64,000 nucleotides of DNA from Eledone cirrhosa. Lineage: Eukaryota. A model generated the notes under the pieces. That model saw nothing but the letters and a program-made list of their open reading frames with translations. It was not told the DNA's origin and did no database searches. Of this stretch, positions 1 to 17,663 are shown one piece after another (position 1 is the first letter of the stretch; every line of letters starts with the position of its first letter). Position numbers and translations under genes: made by a program. The stretch covers positions 339,202,001 to 339,266,000 of the forward strand of contig OZ024742.1 in assembly GCA_964016885.1 (NCBI GenBank), given 5' to 3'.

Positions 1-600
1 CATGCGGCATCAGAGTCCTTATTTACATATTTGTATATGTATTTTATCGACTTGACGGAGTTGCAAAACTCAACGTTGATGTGGGCGTTGAACATCTTCA
101 AGAGAAGCGGGCAGTAAGGGACAACCCATCTATTGTCGACTTGACCTCCCTTTACTGTTGTGGTGAATCCACCGTTCTCGGGCCGTCGCCACCAGTCTGA
201 GTCTGGTCAACAAATGTTTTTGGGTATCCCTTACTGCACAACCCCCCTTTCAGACACGTGTGATGCTCATTAGGACCCGACGCACACGGACCATGTTAGC
301 TTTGACGATGTCATGTTATTCCTGGTCAGTTGCTGGGTTAGGGATTTCAGCCGAAATGAAGCTGTCTATGGCATTTGAATTGATTTTATCAGCTAACCAA
401 ATCAAAATGTGAGCATGTGGCAGCCCTCGTTTTTGCCATTCAACGGTGAACATGTCACATTTTACAACCCCAAATACCTGACCCTTTTTGATTAAAGCCA
501 TGAGCTTAGCCAGTTTCAGTCTGAACACTCTGGCAATGAGGTCATGTCTGTTCGAATAATTTTGCCCAGGAAAAAGTTCACAGGTTACATTCAGATTCAT
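1..600 (-). pseudogene. Helitron Rep (HUH endonuclease) fragment
   Basis: ORF 316-600 has motif 2 VEWQKRGLPHAHILIW. Beyond its stop the minus strand encodes HGPC...DNRWVVPY...AHINVEFCNSVKSIKYIYKYVNK (motif 3, YxxKY). Confidence 0.93.
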
Positions 601-678
601 ATGTCTATATATGAAGTGTTATTTTGCGGGTTGATATTTGCAATAAGCCGATTGAAAATGCCCCAGATAAGCCGTATG

Positions 679-720
679 TCAATACGGAACGCTCAATACG
701 GAACGCTCAATACGGAACGC
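679..720 (+). repeat. 14-bp tandem repeat x3 (TCAATACGGAACGC)
   Basis: Three direct copies, plus a partial copy near 797. Confidence 0.9.
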
Positions 721-1088
721 GCCACTGCAGTGTTGTCATATAGGGAGTGAAGAGCGACAGAGAGACTAAAGCAGTTAAATTATAGAGAGAGGGAATATAC
801 GGAACGCTCCATTTGATCATAAACATTGTTTCTCTCTCTGCAGCGTTGTCATGTGGGGGAGTGAAGAGCAACAGAGAGAGAGTAAAGCAGTTAAATTATA
901 GAGAGGGGGAATGATCATGATCGAATTTTGCCCTTATTGTTGATGGATTTGAAATTTCTTTGCTTCATGACCTTTTCCTGAGCAAAAGCAATAATTGTCC
1001 CGACTTTGAATAGAATCCGTTGGAAATTGTGGACGTGCATACGTTACAAACCTTAACACACACATCCCCAGCTTTATATATATATATA

Positions 1089-1500
1089 TATTTATTAAAA
1101 TAACAGATTAAAGTTTAAGCAAAGAATCGCTGCTTTCACCCTTAACCGGATCTGAAACTAAAAAGTCAATCTGTAAACGCAGAAGTGGATATTTCAAAAA
1201 ACGTTGCAACCGGAGGAAGACGATACTTTGGTTCGTGGAAACGTTCTTTGCCAGGGAACGTTTCCACGAACCAAAGTATCGTCTTCCTCCGGTTGCAACG
1301 TTTTTTGAAATATCCACTTCTGCGTTTACAGATTGACTTTGTTAGTTTCAGAAGATCCCGTTAAGGGTGAAAGCAGCGATTCTTTGCTTAAACTTTAATG
1401 TGTTATTTTAATAAATATTTGCTCTACGGTTCTTATATATTTGATATATATTTATCCTTATCGACCCCGCTTTAGATTTTAGTCTTCAAATTTATTATTA
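1089..1500. repeat. Fold-back element (~155-bp arms, ~10-nt spacer, longer right arm) between (TA)n tracts
   Basis: 1089-1246 is the near-exact reverse complement of 1256-1418. AATAAA lies near 1410. Confidence 0.85.
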
Positions 1501-1504
1501 TTAT

Positions 1505-1552
<48 letters not shown>

Positions 1553-2053
1553 AGTTATTCTTTTTTTACATGTCCAAGATAATTCAGCCAGACGAGTGTT
1601 CGCTTTACCTTTACAGTGAAGTTTTTTAAATAGCATATTTTAGGATGCGGCTTAACAAAATATTTCACAGTAGCTCTGTTGTAAGAAAAGGAAAATAATC
1701 AACTACCATATAATCTTGAAACAGCGCGGTCTGATAACTTTGGGATATATTCACAGAGGAAAATGTGACGGAAAAATAATTTTCTTTGACAATGATTCTA
1801 CCCATATGTTTATTTTATATAACCGTTTTATATATTTTTTATGTTTTCCTATACAACTCAGTTTCATGAGCAAAAGAACAGAATTGACAAGTACAGACTT
1901 AGTTAATAGAAAAAACAGCTAAGATAAACTGTGAGATGCTTGTGAAGTTTCTTTATTTTGAAGCGGTTTTCTGGGATCCCCTCTTTGGTTAACCTGTGCA
2001 AGAAGATATTTCTATATTAATATATATATATATATATAGTTTTAATATAGATG

Positions 2054-2104
2054 AGATTCTACAGGACTAGAACTGTTTCATTCTTTAGAAATTATCAGGA
2101 ATCT
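2054..2104 (-). ncRNA. Type-I hammerhead motif, G8 mutated
   Basis: Minus strand: agattc CTGATAA tttc-taaa-gaat GAAA cag-ttctagtc-ctg TA gaatct. Stems I and III pair. Confidence 0.7.
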
Positions 2105-2126
2105 GGGTATCAAAAAATAAATATGG

Positions 2127-2170
<44 letters not shown>

Positions 2171-2224
2171 CATAAAGACAACCAAGACAACCAGGAACAC
2201 TAACACGGAATAACGATACAAGAA

Positions 2225-2322
<98 letters not shown>

Positions 2323-2609
2323 GGATAGAGAGAGAGAGAGATAGAGAGAGAGAAGGGGAAGTTTGAGAAAGAGAAGATATTGGAAGATTGACAAAAGTAA
2401 GAAATATATAACGAAGAAAAGGGAAAAGGTGGAAAAGAAGAGGACGCACGTGCAAATTGCTGGTCAGCCATCTTGAAAAGAGACCTCCATATATATATAT
2501 ATATATATATATGAGATCTCAACATGAATAGACCTGTTATTTTTATCTGAAGACATTTTTTCCAATTCCATCCCACCCGCCCTCTCAATCTATTTTATTT
2601 CTCATTCTT

Positions 2610-2645
2610 TCTTCTGATGAAGGACTAGCGTCCGAAACGTTAAGA
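2610..2645 (+). ncRNA. Minimal Penelope-type hammerhead motif
   Basis: tctt CTGATGA a-ggac-tagc-gtcc GAAA cgtt aaga, with a palindromic stem III (dimer type). Part of repeat 2511-2732, also found at 53053-53277. Confidence 0.75.
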
Positions 2646-2865
2646 CCCTCTTCCTGCTATATCAAGCATTAACCTAATATATACCTTCCATATACCGTAC
2701 CGATTGTGTTGTTATTTCTGTTTACCTTTTACACACACACACACATATAATTATATATATATATATATATATACATAATATATAAGTATATATATATATA
2801 CATATATATATGTATGTGTGTGTGAGATAATATATATGTATGTATATATATATATATATATATAT

Positions 2866-3020
2866 GAGTCCAGAAATAGCTGTCGAAACGGCTTGAGCTC
2901 TGCCTATTACTCTGCCTTGAGCTCTGACTCTTTTCCTATTACCCACTCTACTACCCGAAGTATCGAGTACTCTGGTGCGTTATGGTCCACCTGGTTCCTT
3001 ACCACACTTCCTTCGTTTTA
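2866..3020 (+). repeat. TA-embedded short repeat family X, single arm
   Basis: Shares AGTCCAGAAATAGC..GAAACGGCTTGAGCTCTGCC and CCTATTACCCACTCTACTACCC..GGTCCACCTGGTTCCTTACCACA with five other copies. Confidence 0.85.
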
Positions 3021-3352
3021 TATATATATATATATGTATATATAAATTTATTTACGTTTATGTAATTATGCCTAGGTTCATATACGTGTATGTATGCATC
3101 ACACACACACGCACACACGCACACGCAAACCCGCACGCGCACACACACACACACATACACACATTACTTGGTTGTCCTTTCTCCCTTGTTTGGACAGTCG
3201 CCATTTTTCTAGGTCACGTGTTTCAGTTCTGTCATCATAAACGTTATTTACCCAAGAAATGTGCCATTATTTTGCCAACGTAATTTTATTGGCATTTCCA
3301 TAAATACTGGATATCAATAAATAATACATCTCTCTATTCCTCTCTATATTTT

Positions 3353-3419
<67 letters not shown>

Positions 3420-3441
3420 ACTTTTCTCTCTCCTCTCTCCC

Positions 3442-3489
<48 letters not shown>

Positions 3490-3509
3490 CGTGTGTGCGT
3501 GTGTGTATG

Positions 3510-3550
<41 letters not shown>

Positions 3551-3554
3551 TCGT

Positions 3555-3591
<37 letters not shown>

Positions 3592-4009
3592 CACATTCGT
3601 ACACACACACACACATACACATACACACACACACATATATATAAAATATACATATATCTTTATATAGTTTTGTATTTCTCAGTTTGCCCAACGTGAAATA
3701 TTCGTGTACACTTACTTGGCTAGTGTTATTAACATTGGATCAATGTGGATATTGGAGAAGATATGAAAGTTCTATGTTGTATAAATAGTTATAAATTTCA
3801 TATTTATCATTTACATATCTCTTACGTGAATTCTATCTATATAGCTGTTTGCACGTTTCTTAGTATATCAATATACCTCTATCTGTATATGTATTTATGA
3901 GATTTCCGTTTTCTCTTTCTTTCCCTCTCTCCCTGTATACATAAAACCATACCCATGCATATATACATATATATATATTTATATATATATATATATATCT
4001 ATATATATA

Positions 4010-4090
<81 letters not shown>

Positions 4091-4103
4091 ATGTATATAT
4101 ATA

Positions 4104-4195
<92 letters not shown>

Positions 4196-4203
4196 TATAT
4201 ATA

Positions 4204-7990
<3,787 letters not shown>

Positions 7991-7994
7991 ATAT

Positions 7995-8220
7995 ATAGGA
8001 AAAAGTATGACCCCGACGGCAGAGCTCAAGCCGTTTCGACGGCTATTTCTGGACTAATTTCACCAGGCTAAAAATTCTAATTTAGTCCAGAAATAGCCGT
8101 CGAAACGGCTTGAGCTCTGCCGTCGGGGTCATACTTTTTCCTTTTTCCCACTCTACTACCCTAAGTATTGAGTACTCTGGTGCGTTATGGTCCATCTGGT
8201 TCCTTACCACATTCCCTTTG

Positions 8221-8223
<3 letters not shown>
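7995..8223 (+). repeat. Family X, fold-back copy
   Basis: ~63-nt inverted arms around a ~25-nt spacer, followed by the shared tail and (TA)n. Confidence 0.9.
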
Positions 8224-8258
<35 letters not shown>

Positions 8259-8631
8259 GTGAGGTTTTTTTTACAAAATGAAAAATAACCGAGGTGTCCT
8301 ACACGAGTGAAAGTATAAAGAAAAAAAGATGGAATCGAAAATTTGTCTACCTTTGTCTACCTTTCCGTTGAAGGACTATCGTCTGAAACGTTAGCCTTAT
8401 TTTATTACTTAGTTTCAGCGTTAAACATCTGTCCTACGCTGGGGTGTTTTTTATTTTTTCATGTTTCTATTTATCCCTTTAGCAGAATAATTAGCTATCT
8501 ACCTGTCTACCTATTTACCTGCATGTGTACATACATGCCTTTCTGTGACTCTCTTCCTTTCATTCTTCCAATTCTCCCTCCTTTCTATTTCTGATTAACG
8601 CCTTCCAGCTTTGAATAACCAAACAATAGGA

Positions 8632-8696
<65 letters not shown>

Positions 8697-8770
8697 GACA
8701 TACACACATACACACAAACACAGCCACATATATATATTTATTTATGTATGTATATGTGTATATATATATG

Positions 8771-8816
<46 letters not shown>

Positions 8817-8862
8817 TGAATATATATATATATGTACATATATATATATATATGTACATATA

Positions 8863-8895
<33 letters not shown>

Positions 8896-9229
8896 GTAGA
8901 TATATATATATATAAACGGAAAAAATGAAACGAAATTTCATTTCTCACTCTTAGTACAGGTGTTACTTAAATATAAGTATGTATACGTACATACATATAT
9001 GTATACAGACGTAGTAGTATGTATATATATATACATACACACATATATATATATACGTATGGATGTTAATACGGGATGTTTGTTTACAAACACACCGAGC
9101 ATTATAATAAATGTTCGGTGAATCCATACGTACATATATATATGTGTGCATGTATGTATATATATATACATACTACTGTACGTCTGTATACAAATATGTA
9201 TGTACGTATACATACTTATATATATATAT

Positions 9230-9329
<100 letters not shown>

Positions 9330-9821
9330 AACAGACTGCTGAATCACCGTTACCAATATCTGTTCACGTCATTGATTTTTAGTAGTTATCGAACGATTTC
9401 TTTGGTTCTATGAAATTTATTTTGCTGTTGTTTGATTCCCCCGCCCCCCGCTTCTTTTGTTTTTGTTTTTAAAAATTCTACTTTCACTTTCGAAAAGCGT
9501 CGTTGAAAACGCCGTCAACGGGGAAACCAAAAACTAATTGCTGTCACGTTGTATTCAGATAATCGAATTGTTATTTGTTATTAACGGTAGCCATTGTTAG
9601 AGAAAGGAGAGAAAAGACCAATACAATGGTAAATCTACTAACAATATTTCATATGATACTGATATGTTCGTTTTTCTGTCCTCTCACGCAACTAGCCGCT
9701 AGAGTGTTATATCACAAGGGAATCTAGTCATTGAATTAACAGTGTGGTTACTGTCAAACGAATGATTTGTAAGAATATTGTGTATGTATACGAGTATATA
9801 TAAACACATTGATTTTTATGC

Positions 9822-9890
<69 letters not shown>

Positions 9891-9891
<1 letters not shown>

Positions 9892-10073
9892 GAGGGTTGC
9901 ACATTTTTTTCGGGGGTATATGTTACCCATATAAACTGTCTCCCTCTATTGGGGAAAATCGACTAACTTTTAAATTCCATCTGTGATAACATTTTACACG
10001 TTTTTATTGTATGTAAACTTCCCCCTTTGTATTTGTCCCCTTCTTTTGTGCCCCTGTGGCTAATAAAGAAATA
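9891..10073 (+). mobile_element. 5'-truncated 3'-UTR fragment of Tx1-like LINE subfamily B
   Basis: Near-identical to 21025-21208. Flanked on both sides by (CTAT)n. Confidence 0.92.
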
Positions 10074-10335
10074 TATCTATCTATCTATCTATCTATCTAT
10101 AGAATCTAGCTGTCGTCTGTTCTACAGTGTCGATGTAATTCACTTCGCGCAGAAGTTTTGTTCAAATTTATTGCGGAAATTTTGTAAGTTTAATTTTAAT
10201 TTTGATACAATTGTGTAGCTTGATCCGCCGTCTGAACTGTCAGGCGGTGGGTCAGCTCATCTTTGCCCCTCCCAGGGGTGAAAAACCTGTTTTTAAAAAT
10301 TTTGTGGCATAAAAAATTTCAATCGTCTGACAGAA

Positions 10336-12236
10336 ATGTTAAACGCAGCGAACGAAAATAGTGGTGGGGGGACAGCGGTAAGGGTTGTAAGCTCGCACGC
10401 TTTAGTCCCCCCTTCCTTCCCAACTAACGTCATAGAGAAGGAAAGAAAAAATAAAATAAAAACAGACGAATCTGCGGAGAAAAATGACGAAAACACAAAT
10501 CTGGACATTGATTCCAACAACGAAAAAAAAAAATTTGAAAAATTGCATGACAATACTAATACCACAAACAAAGACACGACAAACACAAAAATAACATTTG
10601 AAAACAACATCATAACAGAAAGCAAAGCAGACGACAAAGTCAACACCAATAATATTTCATTTGCACAAACAACAAAGAAATCTTTGACATATACCTGAAA
10701 ATATTTCAGATGTGGCACAAAGAATTACAGACGCCAAACAATACATAACTGAAGGGGAAAATGGTATTTTATCGGTAAAAATGCCTCAACAACTCACCAA
10801 AGACATTGAAAGTCGGACGGTCATTTCCGCACCATCAACAACATTTCTAAAAAACCTCAACAGCCAACACAAACAGAAATCAAAGCAGTACTTACAGAAG
10901 TACTTAATGAAACCACTTTCATAAGAAGAGACAGACTGTATGGAAGCCTAGCTATTATTATGAAGAAGGAATCGGCGGCAAAAAAATGTGCTTTGTCACC
11001 GATTCGTTCGACAAATTTTACCTTTTATCCATCTTATATGGGTAAAAGAACTCAGCGCATATGGCTGGATGCAATGATGCCAGATATGGACAACTGCTGG
11101 CTCATAGCTGGCTTCATCGATCCAGCGAATGACAACGTGATTTCCATTGGCAATGCGTTCAGTGGAACAGGTATAGAACTTGTAGTGCAAATGAAGCCTG
11201 AACGCATCGCCCAAATACCCGACAGAATCCTATTAGAGGGCCACGGGTATATAAACATTAGCGTGGAGGGGAGAAGGCCGTCCTGTCATATCTGTGCAGG
11301 CAGAGGGCACCTGAAGGCGGCTTGTCCCCAACTCAACAAAAAGAAAACCCTGCTACCAACACCAGCTCCACCACCACCACAACAGATAAACAAACAACAA
11401 AACTCAGTCCCACCCAACCCGTCCCTCAGTAAAACTACACCACCACCACAACACAAACAGTCACAACACATTACCCAAAAACAAAATACAGTCCCACCCA
11501 ACCCCTCACTCAATAAAACAACACAACCACCGCAGCCACAACACACAACACAGTCTAACATAGTGAAATCCATCTCTCCCACAAAGAAAACCAACACGGA
11601 AACATTACCAACAAACATACCTCTTCCCTCCAACACTGAAGATAACCCAACGAATTCGGAGGAAGAAACGGAGTCCTTCAGACAGATTAAAAGGAAAAAA
11701 AGAAAACATCTGCAAAACACACAAGGCCAAACAACCCCTACCCAAATGTCAACACAATCCAACAAAACACAAAACACCCCTCCAGCAACAAAGAAAACCA
11801 AAACCAAAATGGCCTCTCCCCTCTTCGAAACACTCACACCATCCGAAAAAAAGACATTACACTATACTTACATCAACAGAAACAATAATAAATTAAATGA
11901 ACTCATAAACAATAATCCTTCGGTACAAACCGAAGGTGTAAACTTTGTTTCTTCAGAAAACTACCCACATTTAAAATTAATAAAGATCCCAATGAACCTC
12001 TACCAAAAACTAAAAAAGGATCTTAAGGAGGACGTAGGACCACCCTCTGTCAAACCCATAAACCGCGTCCTACTAAAAAGCTTTCCCCCTCCCCTTCCCC
12101 TCCCCAACACAACTCCAAACACCCCAACCCCACCACACACTGACGACCCCACACCACCACAAGACACCCCTTCACCCAACACCCCCGACAACCCATGGAA
12201 GTCGTGCGACCCGAACCCCGGGAAGCAGAAAGGTAG
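10336..12236 (+). pseudogene. LINE ORF1 (gag-like CCHC zinc knuckle), frameshifted
   Basis: MLNAANENSGGG start, CHICAGRGHLKAAC (Cx2Cx4Hx4C), Pro/Thr/Gln-rich tail, split over several frames. Confidence 0.88.
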
Positions 12237-12269
12237 GTCTCTACACTCTCCTTTGGCTTTGCCGCCCAC

Positions 12270-15198
12270 ATGGATGTGTTAAGAGTAGGATGTTTGAATG
12301 CACGTGGCCTGGGCTCAACTTGGAAGCAAGCAAAGCTTCTAAATGACCTCAGTTCAAGTGGTATAAATGTAATGGTTATCTGTGAGACTCGGATCAGCGT
12401 CGTGCGGCATCTGGCCCCTACCTTCGATGACTTTGAGGTGCATGCATCTCTCTGTCAACCTGGAGGTGGGGGTGGGGTTGTCGTACTGCTGGAAAAACAC
12501 CTGGGTCTCGCCGTACAGGTTATTCACTCGGACCCTTACAGAAACCGGATTAGCAGATTAGTTAAGGAGAGGTTGACGGGTGCAATCGTCAACAACCGAT
12601 GGTGGGCATCTCTCAAAAGAGAGATTAGAACAGAATCAATAAGTTATAGCAAGATGTTAGCTGCCGATAGGAATAGAAATGAGAAAGAATTAACAGGTAA
12701 ATTAGAAGAGGCAATCAAGAGCGAAGATGTGGCCAGAGTGCTGGCATCGAGGACGGCCTTGAACCAGTTTTTCGATGCAAAGCACGAAGGCTGCGTCATT
12801 CGAAGTAAAATACGTGCTCTAGGTAATGACGGGGCCAAAGCCGTTGGCTGGGCCCGCGTGACAGAAGCTAAGAGTGGAAATCGATCCACCATCCGGTCTT
12901 TGCAAGACGAGGATGGACGGGTGATCCGGGAGCCCAAGCAGGTGTGCGAGGCTTTTCAAAGGCACTTTGCCCGATTGTTCGGGGGAGGCGAGGGTCCGGG
13001 CGGGGACGTGGATTTCGGTCCATACCTCGACGGCCTGCCGCGTCTCTCGAGCGAAGAGGCAGAGTCCTGCGAGGGACCAATCTCGGCTGATGAGATCGGG
13101 GATGCGCTGAGCCAATGCAGCAGACGCAAATCTCCAGGTCTCGATGGTATACCTTACGAACTTTATTTAGCAATGCCGGTCTTCTTCTCCGAACTCCTCG
13201 AAGCGGTCTACTGCAATTGGCAGCAGAACGGGAGAATTCCTTGTTCTGTAGCCAAGGGCGTAGTCTCGCTGGTGAGGAAGGACGAGAACAAGGGAGATAG
13301 TATAAATAATTTTCGGCCCATAACCCTGCTAAACACAGAGTTAAAGATTTTGGCCAAGGTGTTAGCAAAGAAGTTGGCGCTTGTCGTGGGTGGCCTGGTG
13401 GGAGATGCGCAGACATGTGCTATCCCATCCAGGTCCATTCACGATAACCTCCACCTCATGCGATACATCATAGAGAGGGTTGGCAACAAACCCGGCTTCG
13501 GTGGGGCCCTGATCAACTTGGATCAGTCTAAGGCCTTCGATAGGGTCGACCATGGTTACCTGGATGCGGTGCTAGCGGCGGATGGGTTCGGTCCTGTTTT
13601 CAGAGGCTGGATAACTGCTTTACATAGCAACCACATCTGTTCTAGGATCAAGGTGAACGGCTACCTTTCGAAGCCGTTCGAAATCACACGATCCATTCGA
13701 CAGGGGTGCCCTCTCTCCTCCCTTCTGTACGTATTGACTCTCGAGCCTTTACTGAGGAAGTTGGAGTTGTTGCAGGGTATCCCCCTGGAACCAGGATTGA
13801 GCAAAGCGGTGTCGGCCTACGCCGATGACGTAACAGTAATGGTATCGACCGACTCGGAGATCGAGGCGATCGGTACCTTACTGGAGGATTACGAAAGGTT
13901 GTCAGGAGCGAAACTGAACCGGGAAAAATTCATCGGGCTGCAACTCGGAACGTGGAGAGGCAGACCGATGCCTCCCGACGGTGTCGTCAGACACTGGACG
14001 GAGGGCCCGGTGAAGTTGGTTGGGGTCTGGTTCGGACCGGACCTCCAGGTGGAAAAGAACTGGAACGAGGTTACGAACAAGGTGTTTGCACTAACCCAGA
14101 AATGGGCCAAGTGTAGGCTGTCCCTAAAAGGTCGGCGGAGGTGGCGAACATTTACATAGCGTCCGTCACTTACTACCGCCTGACTGTCGTGCCTTGCCCT
14201 AAGGAAACACTCACCACCATGGAACGCATGCTCTTTCAATTTCTTTGGAAGAAGCGCCCTCCTATGGTGAGAAGATCCATCTGCTGCCAACAACCTTCGA
14301 AAGGAGGGCTGGGGATGCCGTGGTTGATGATGCGTAGGCACGCATTAAGGCTACGGCACCTACAGGTATTCCTTACTGGTCAACCGATGTGGGCTCCGTT
14401 CGTGAAACGAGCCTTTCCGAGACTCGTCTCGCTCACCGAGCTGCAGTCCTGGGTCAAGCAATGATCCGGAAAACTGGGAGACTGGCACACTGAGTGTGCC
14501 CAGGCGATCAGGGCTCTCTGGCAAGCGGGCCAGGCCATCGGTGGAGAATCCACCTCATCATTCTATAGAGGGCTGGTGGCTAGCAGGGGCGATGACACCC
14601 TTGGAGAGTCGCTGGACATGGAAGAGGACGAACTGGCCAGCCTGTTCGGTAGGACTTTCGGCCCGGGACCAATGGACAACTTCCAGAAGTCACTAGCCTG
14701 GCAGTGCTACCGGGGGGCTCTACCCGTTCGAGAGAGGCTCTACAGACACGGGCGCCCGGGCAGGGATCCCTCGAAATAGATTTGCCCTAGATGCGTGCGT
14801 CACGAAGAAACCGTTGCGCACGCATTGGTGCAATGTCCGGGCGTGGCTGATCAGTGGGGCTACGCCGAACGACTGCTGTCGCGGGTGGCGCCGATTCGAT
14901 TGACCGCCGAGTCCGTGATGACAATCAAGCCGCCTCCCCTCTTCACAAAGGAAGCAAAGGCGGTTTTTCTGTGCGTAATAGCCATGTTGAAAGAGGTTGT
15001 TTGGTGGACACGATTGAAAGGTCTGAGGTCAGGCAACTTGCTCTCTGGCCATAGTCTGGTCTACTTCTTCCGATATCACTTCGGAAGAAGGATAAGAATG
15101 GAGAGAGAGGTGCTTGGCCACAGGCAGTTTTATGAAAGGTGGGTGATAGTGGCGAGAATGGCTCGTGTAAATGGGCCTTCTTTGTAAACCATCCTGTA
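12270..15198 (+). pseudogene. LINE ORF2 (APE-RT-zinc finger) with most of APE deleted, a frameshift and stops
   Basis: CLNARGL, ICETR, KSPGLDG, FRPITLLNTELKILAK, LDQSKAFDRV, RQGCPLS, AYADDV, CPRC..EETVAHALVQC. Confidence 0.95.
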
Positions 15199-15410
15199 GG
15201 TAAAGAAGTGAAGGAGAGGGGAGCACCATGTGCTCCCCGGGCAAAGGATTGCACACTTTTTCGGGGGCGTGTGCAACCCTCATCACGTCCCCTCCCTTTT
15301 GAGGTTGTTTTCGATTATTTTCATTTTATACCCTTTTTACTCGATTTGATGTAAACTCCCCCTTTGTATTTGTCCCTTCTTTTTATGCCTTTATGGTAAA
15401 TAAAGAAATA

Positions 15411-15481
<71 letters not shown>

Positions 15482-15719
15482 ATATCTATCTATCTATCTA
15501 TCAGACGCGTGTCACTTCGCGGAGAAGTTTCCGTTAATTTATGTAAGAAAAACACGTGAGTTTTTAGTTAAATTTTATATCATTGTGTAACTTGACCACC
15601 CGTCTGGACCTTCAGGTGGGCGGTCAACTCATTTTCGCCCCTTCAGGGGCGGAATATCCATTTAAAAAATTTTTCTCCATCGAATCTTGGAAAAAATATT
15701 GTAAAATTTTGATTACGTT

Positions 15720-17630
15720 ATGAACGCTGCGTCCAACGATAATGGTGGTGGAGAGGCGGTAAGACTACAAAGCTCGCAGTCAACAACGTCTTCTTCACTA
15801 GATACTATAGAGATGGAAAGACAAAATGAAAATAAAAAAACGAATTCATATCCAAACAACACAAATGACACCAAACAGTTCAATGACAACAAAAATAACA
15901 GCAAAACCAATAATGATGATAAAAGCAACAATGATAACAACAACAAAGAAAAAAATAAAGACAACGCCAATAACACCAGCATCAAAGACAACAACAACAC
16001 CAAGGAAAATACGGATGATACCAACATCGGTGACAACAAGAATAACAACAAGAATAACAACAAGAATAACAACAATAATGACAACACCACCAATACGGAT
16101 TCCACAAAGAAACCAAAAATCTCCTTTGCAGAGAAAGTTCAAAAGAAAGAACAATTGATATATCTCGACATAACAAATGCTGAACAACTTTTAAAGGACG
16201 CTAAGAGATATGTCACTTTCGATAAAAATGGTGCTTTCAGCATCAATTCTCCGGTAGAAATTCGCAAGGAAACTGCTCTCAAAACGATAGTTTTTAGGAC
16301 AGTTTCCAATTCTACCCGAAAACCAATCCAATTGGCACAGAAAGAAATTGAACTGGTTTTCAAAAATTCAATGAATGATATTGCATTCATTCAAAGAAGC
16401 AAACTTTTTGGGAGTATTTCGGTACTCATGAAGGATCAATTGACGGCCCAAAATTACTCTGTGTCGCCAATTGTATCCAACCTGTACACCTTTTTCCCTA
16501 CATACATGGGAAAAAGGACACAAAAGATCAGAATCACAAGTGTCACACCAAAGGTGAACATATGGTGGATACTGTGCGGCTTCATCAATTTTGATGAAGA
16601 CAGAATACTGTCAGTAGGAAAGTCCCCCAGAGATGTATTCAATGGGACTAGCATTGAAGTTCTGGTGCAAATGAGCCCAGAGCGAATAGCTATGATCCCA
16701 CAGCGTGTACTCCTGGACGGACTCACCTACATAAACCTTTCGTTTGAGGGTAGGCGGCCTTCATGTTACCATTGCTTTAGCAGGGGTCACCTGAGGGCTT
16801 CCTGTCCTAAACTAATGAACCCCAAAAAGGCTCTTCTGCCGACACCCATCAAAACAACACAAGCACCAACACCACCACAACAACAACAACACCAACACAC
16901 AAAAATAACCACAACAAACACAGTCCCACCCAACCCACTCCACCTAAAACCACTGCAAAAAAACATACAGACACAACAGCTCCCCAAGACATACCCCTCC
17001 CCAATCACACAGACGATACAACAGATGAGGCTATCTCGCCATCACCCAGTGAAGACGAGGGAGAACCCCATCGCTCGAAAAGAAAGAAAAGACATCACAA
17101 AAGCAAAAAACCAGCAAATACTACCACAAACATACAACCACCAACACAAACAACAAAAATATCACAAACAAAACCCCCACCTCCTGAAAACAAAATACCT
17201 ACAACAAAACGAAAGCACACACAAGAACTACAGACAAAAACAAACACAACACAAGAAAATTACACTTACACTTACATAAACACTGAAAACAAAACACTAA
17301 TGGAGAAGGGAAAACTTTCGCCCACTCTATAAAAAATAGCAAAAAACTGAACCTAAAAAACTGAACCTAAAACTGATTAGGGTCCCTATACAAACTTATA
17401 GGTCCCTAAAAGAAACATTTGAGAAGGATGTGGGTAATTCCTGCGTGAAACCACTCAACCGCGTCCTTCTCAAATGCCTCCCCACCCCAGACACCCCCAT
17501 CCCACCAGACCCCACCCCACCAAATATCTGCGTCCCCACCCCGCCGGAAACCACCACCCATCCAGACAACCCCTCCAACACCCCCATGGAAATCGTGCGG
17601 CCTGGTCCCCAGGAGGCGAAGGGTGAGTGA
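15720..17630 (+). pseudogene. LINE ORF1 with CCHC knuckle, frameshifted distally
   Basis: MNAASNDNGGG, Asn-rich tract, PTYMGKRTQ, EGRRPSCYHCFSRGHLRASC, C-terminus PMEIVRPGPQE homologous to subfamily A. Confidence 0.9.
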
Positions 17631-17663
17631 TCTCTTTTCCTCTTTTAACTTTTCAGCACCAAC

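Larger units (their letters stand above)
1..1090 (-). mobile_element. Helitron remnant, internally deleted, running off the window start
   Basis: Rep-domain coding remnant at 1-600. The reverse complement near 1090 reads TATATATAAAGCTGGGGATGTGTGTG, like animal Helitron 5' ends. Internal direct repeats at ~735-793 and ~847-908. Confidence 0.7.
10103..15411 (+). mobile_element. Tx1/L1-clade LINE, subfamily A, copy 1 (defective)
   Basis: 5' UTR, ORF1, ORF2, and a 3' UTR ending AATAAAGAAATA followed by (TATC)n. Highly similar to 35003-40805. Confidence 0.95.

Noticed and set aside
1550-2010. Possible host exon in unique-looking sequence (also 9330-9820, 25700-26300, 44650-45040)
   Set aside because: No recognisable protein motif or convincing splice structure; transcript data would be needed.
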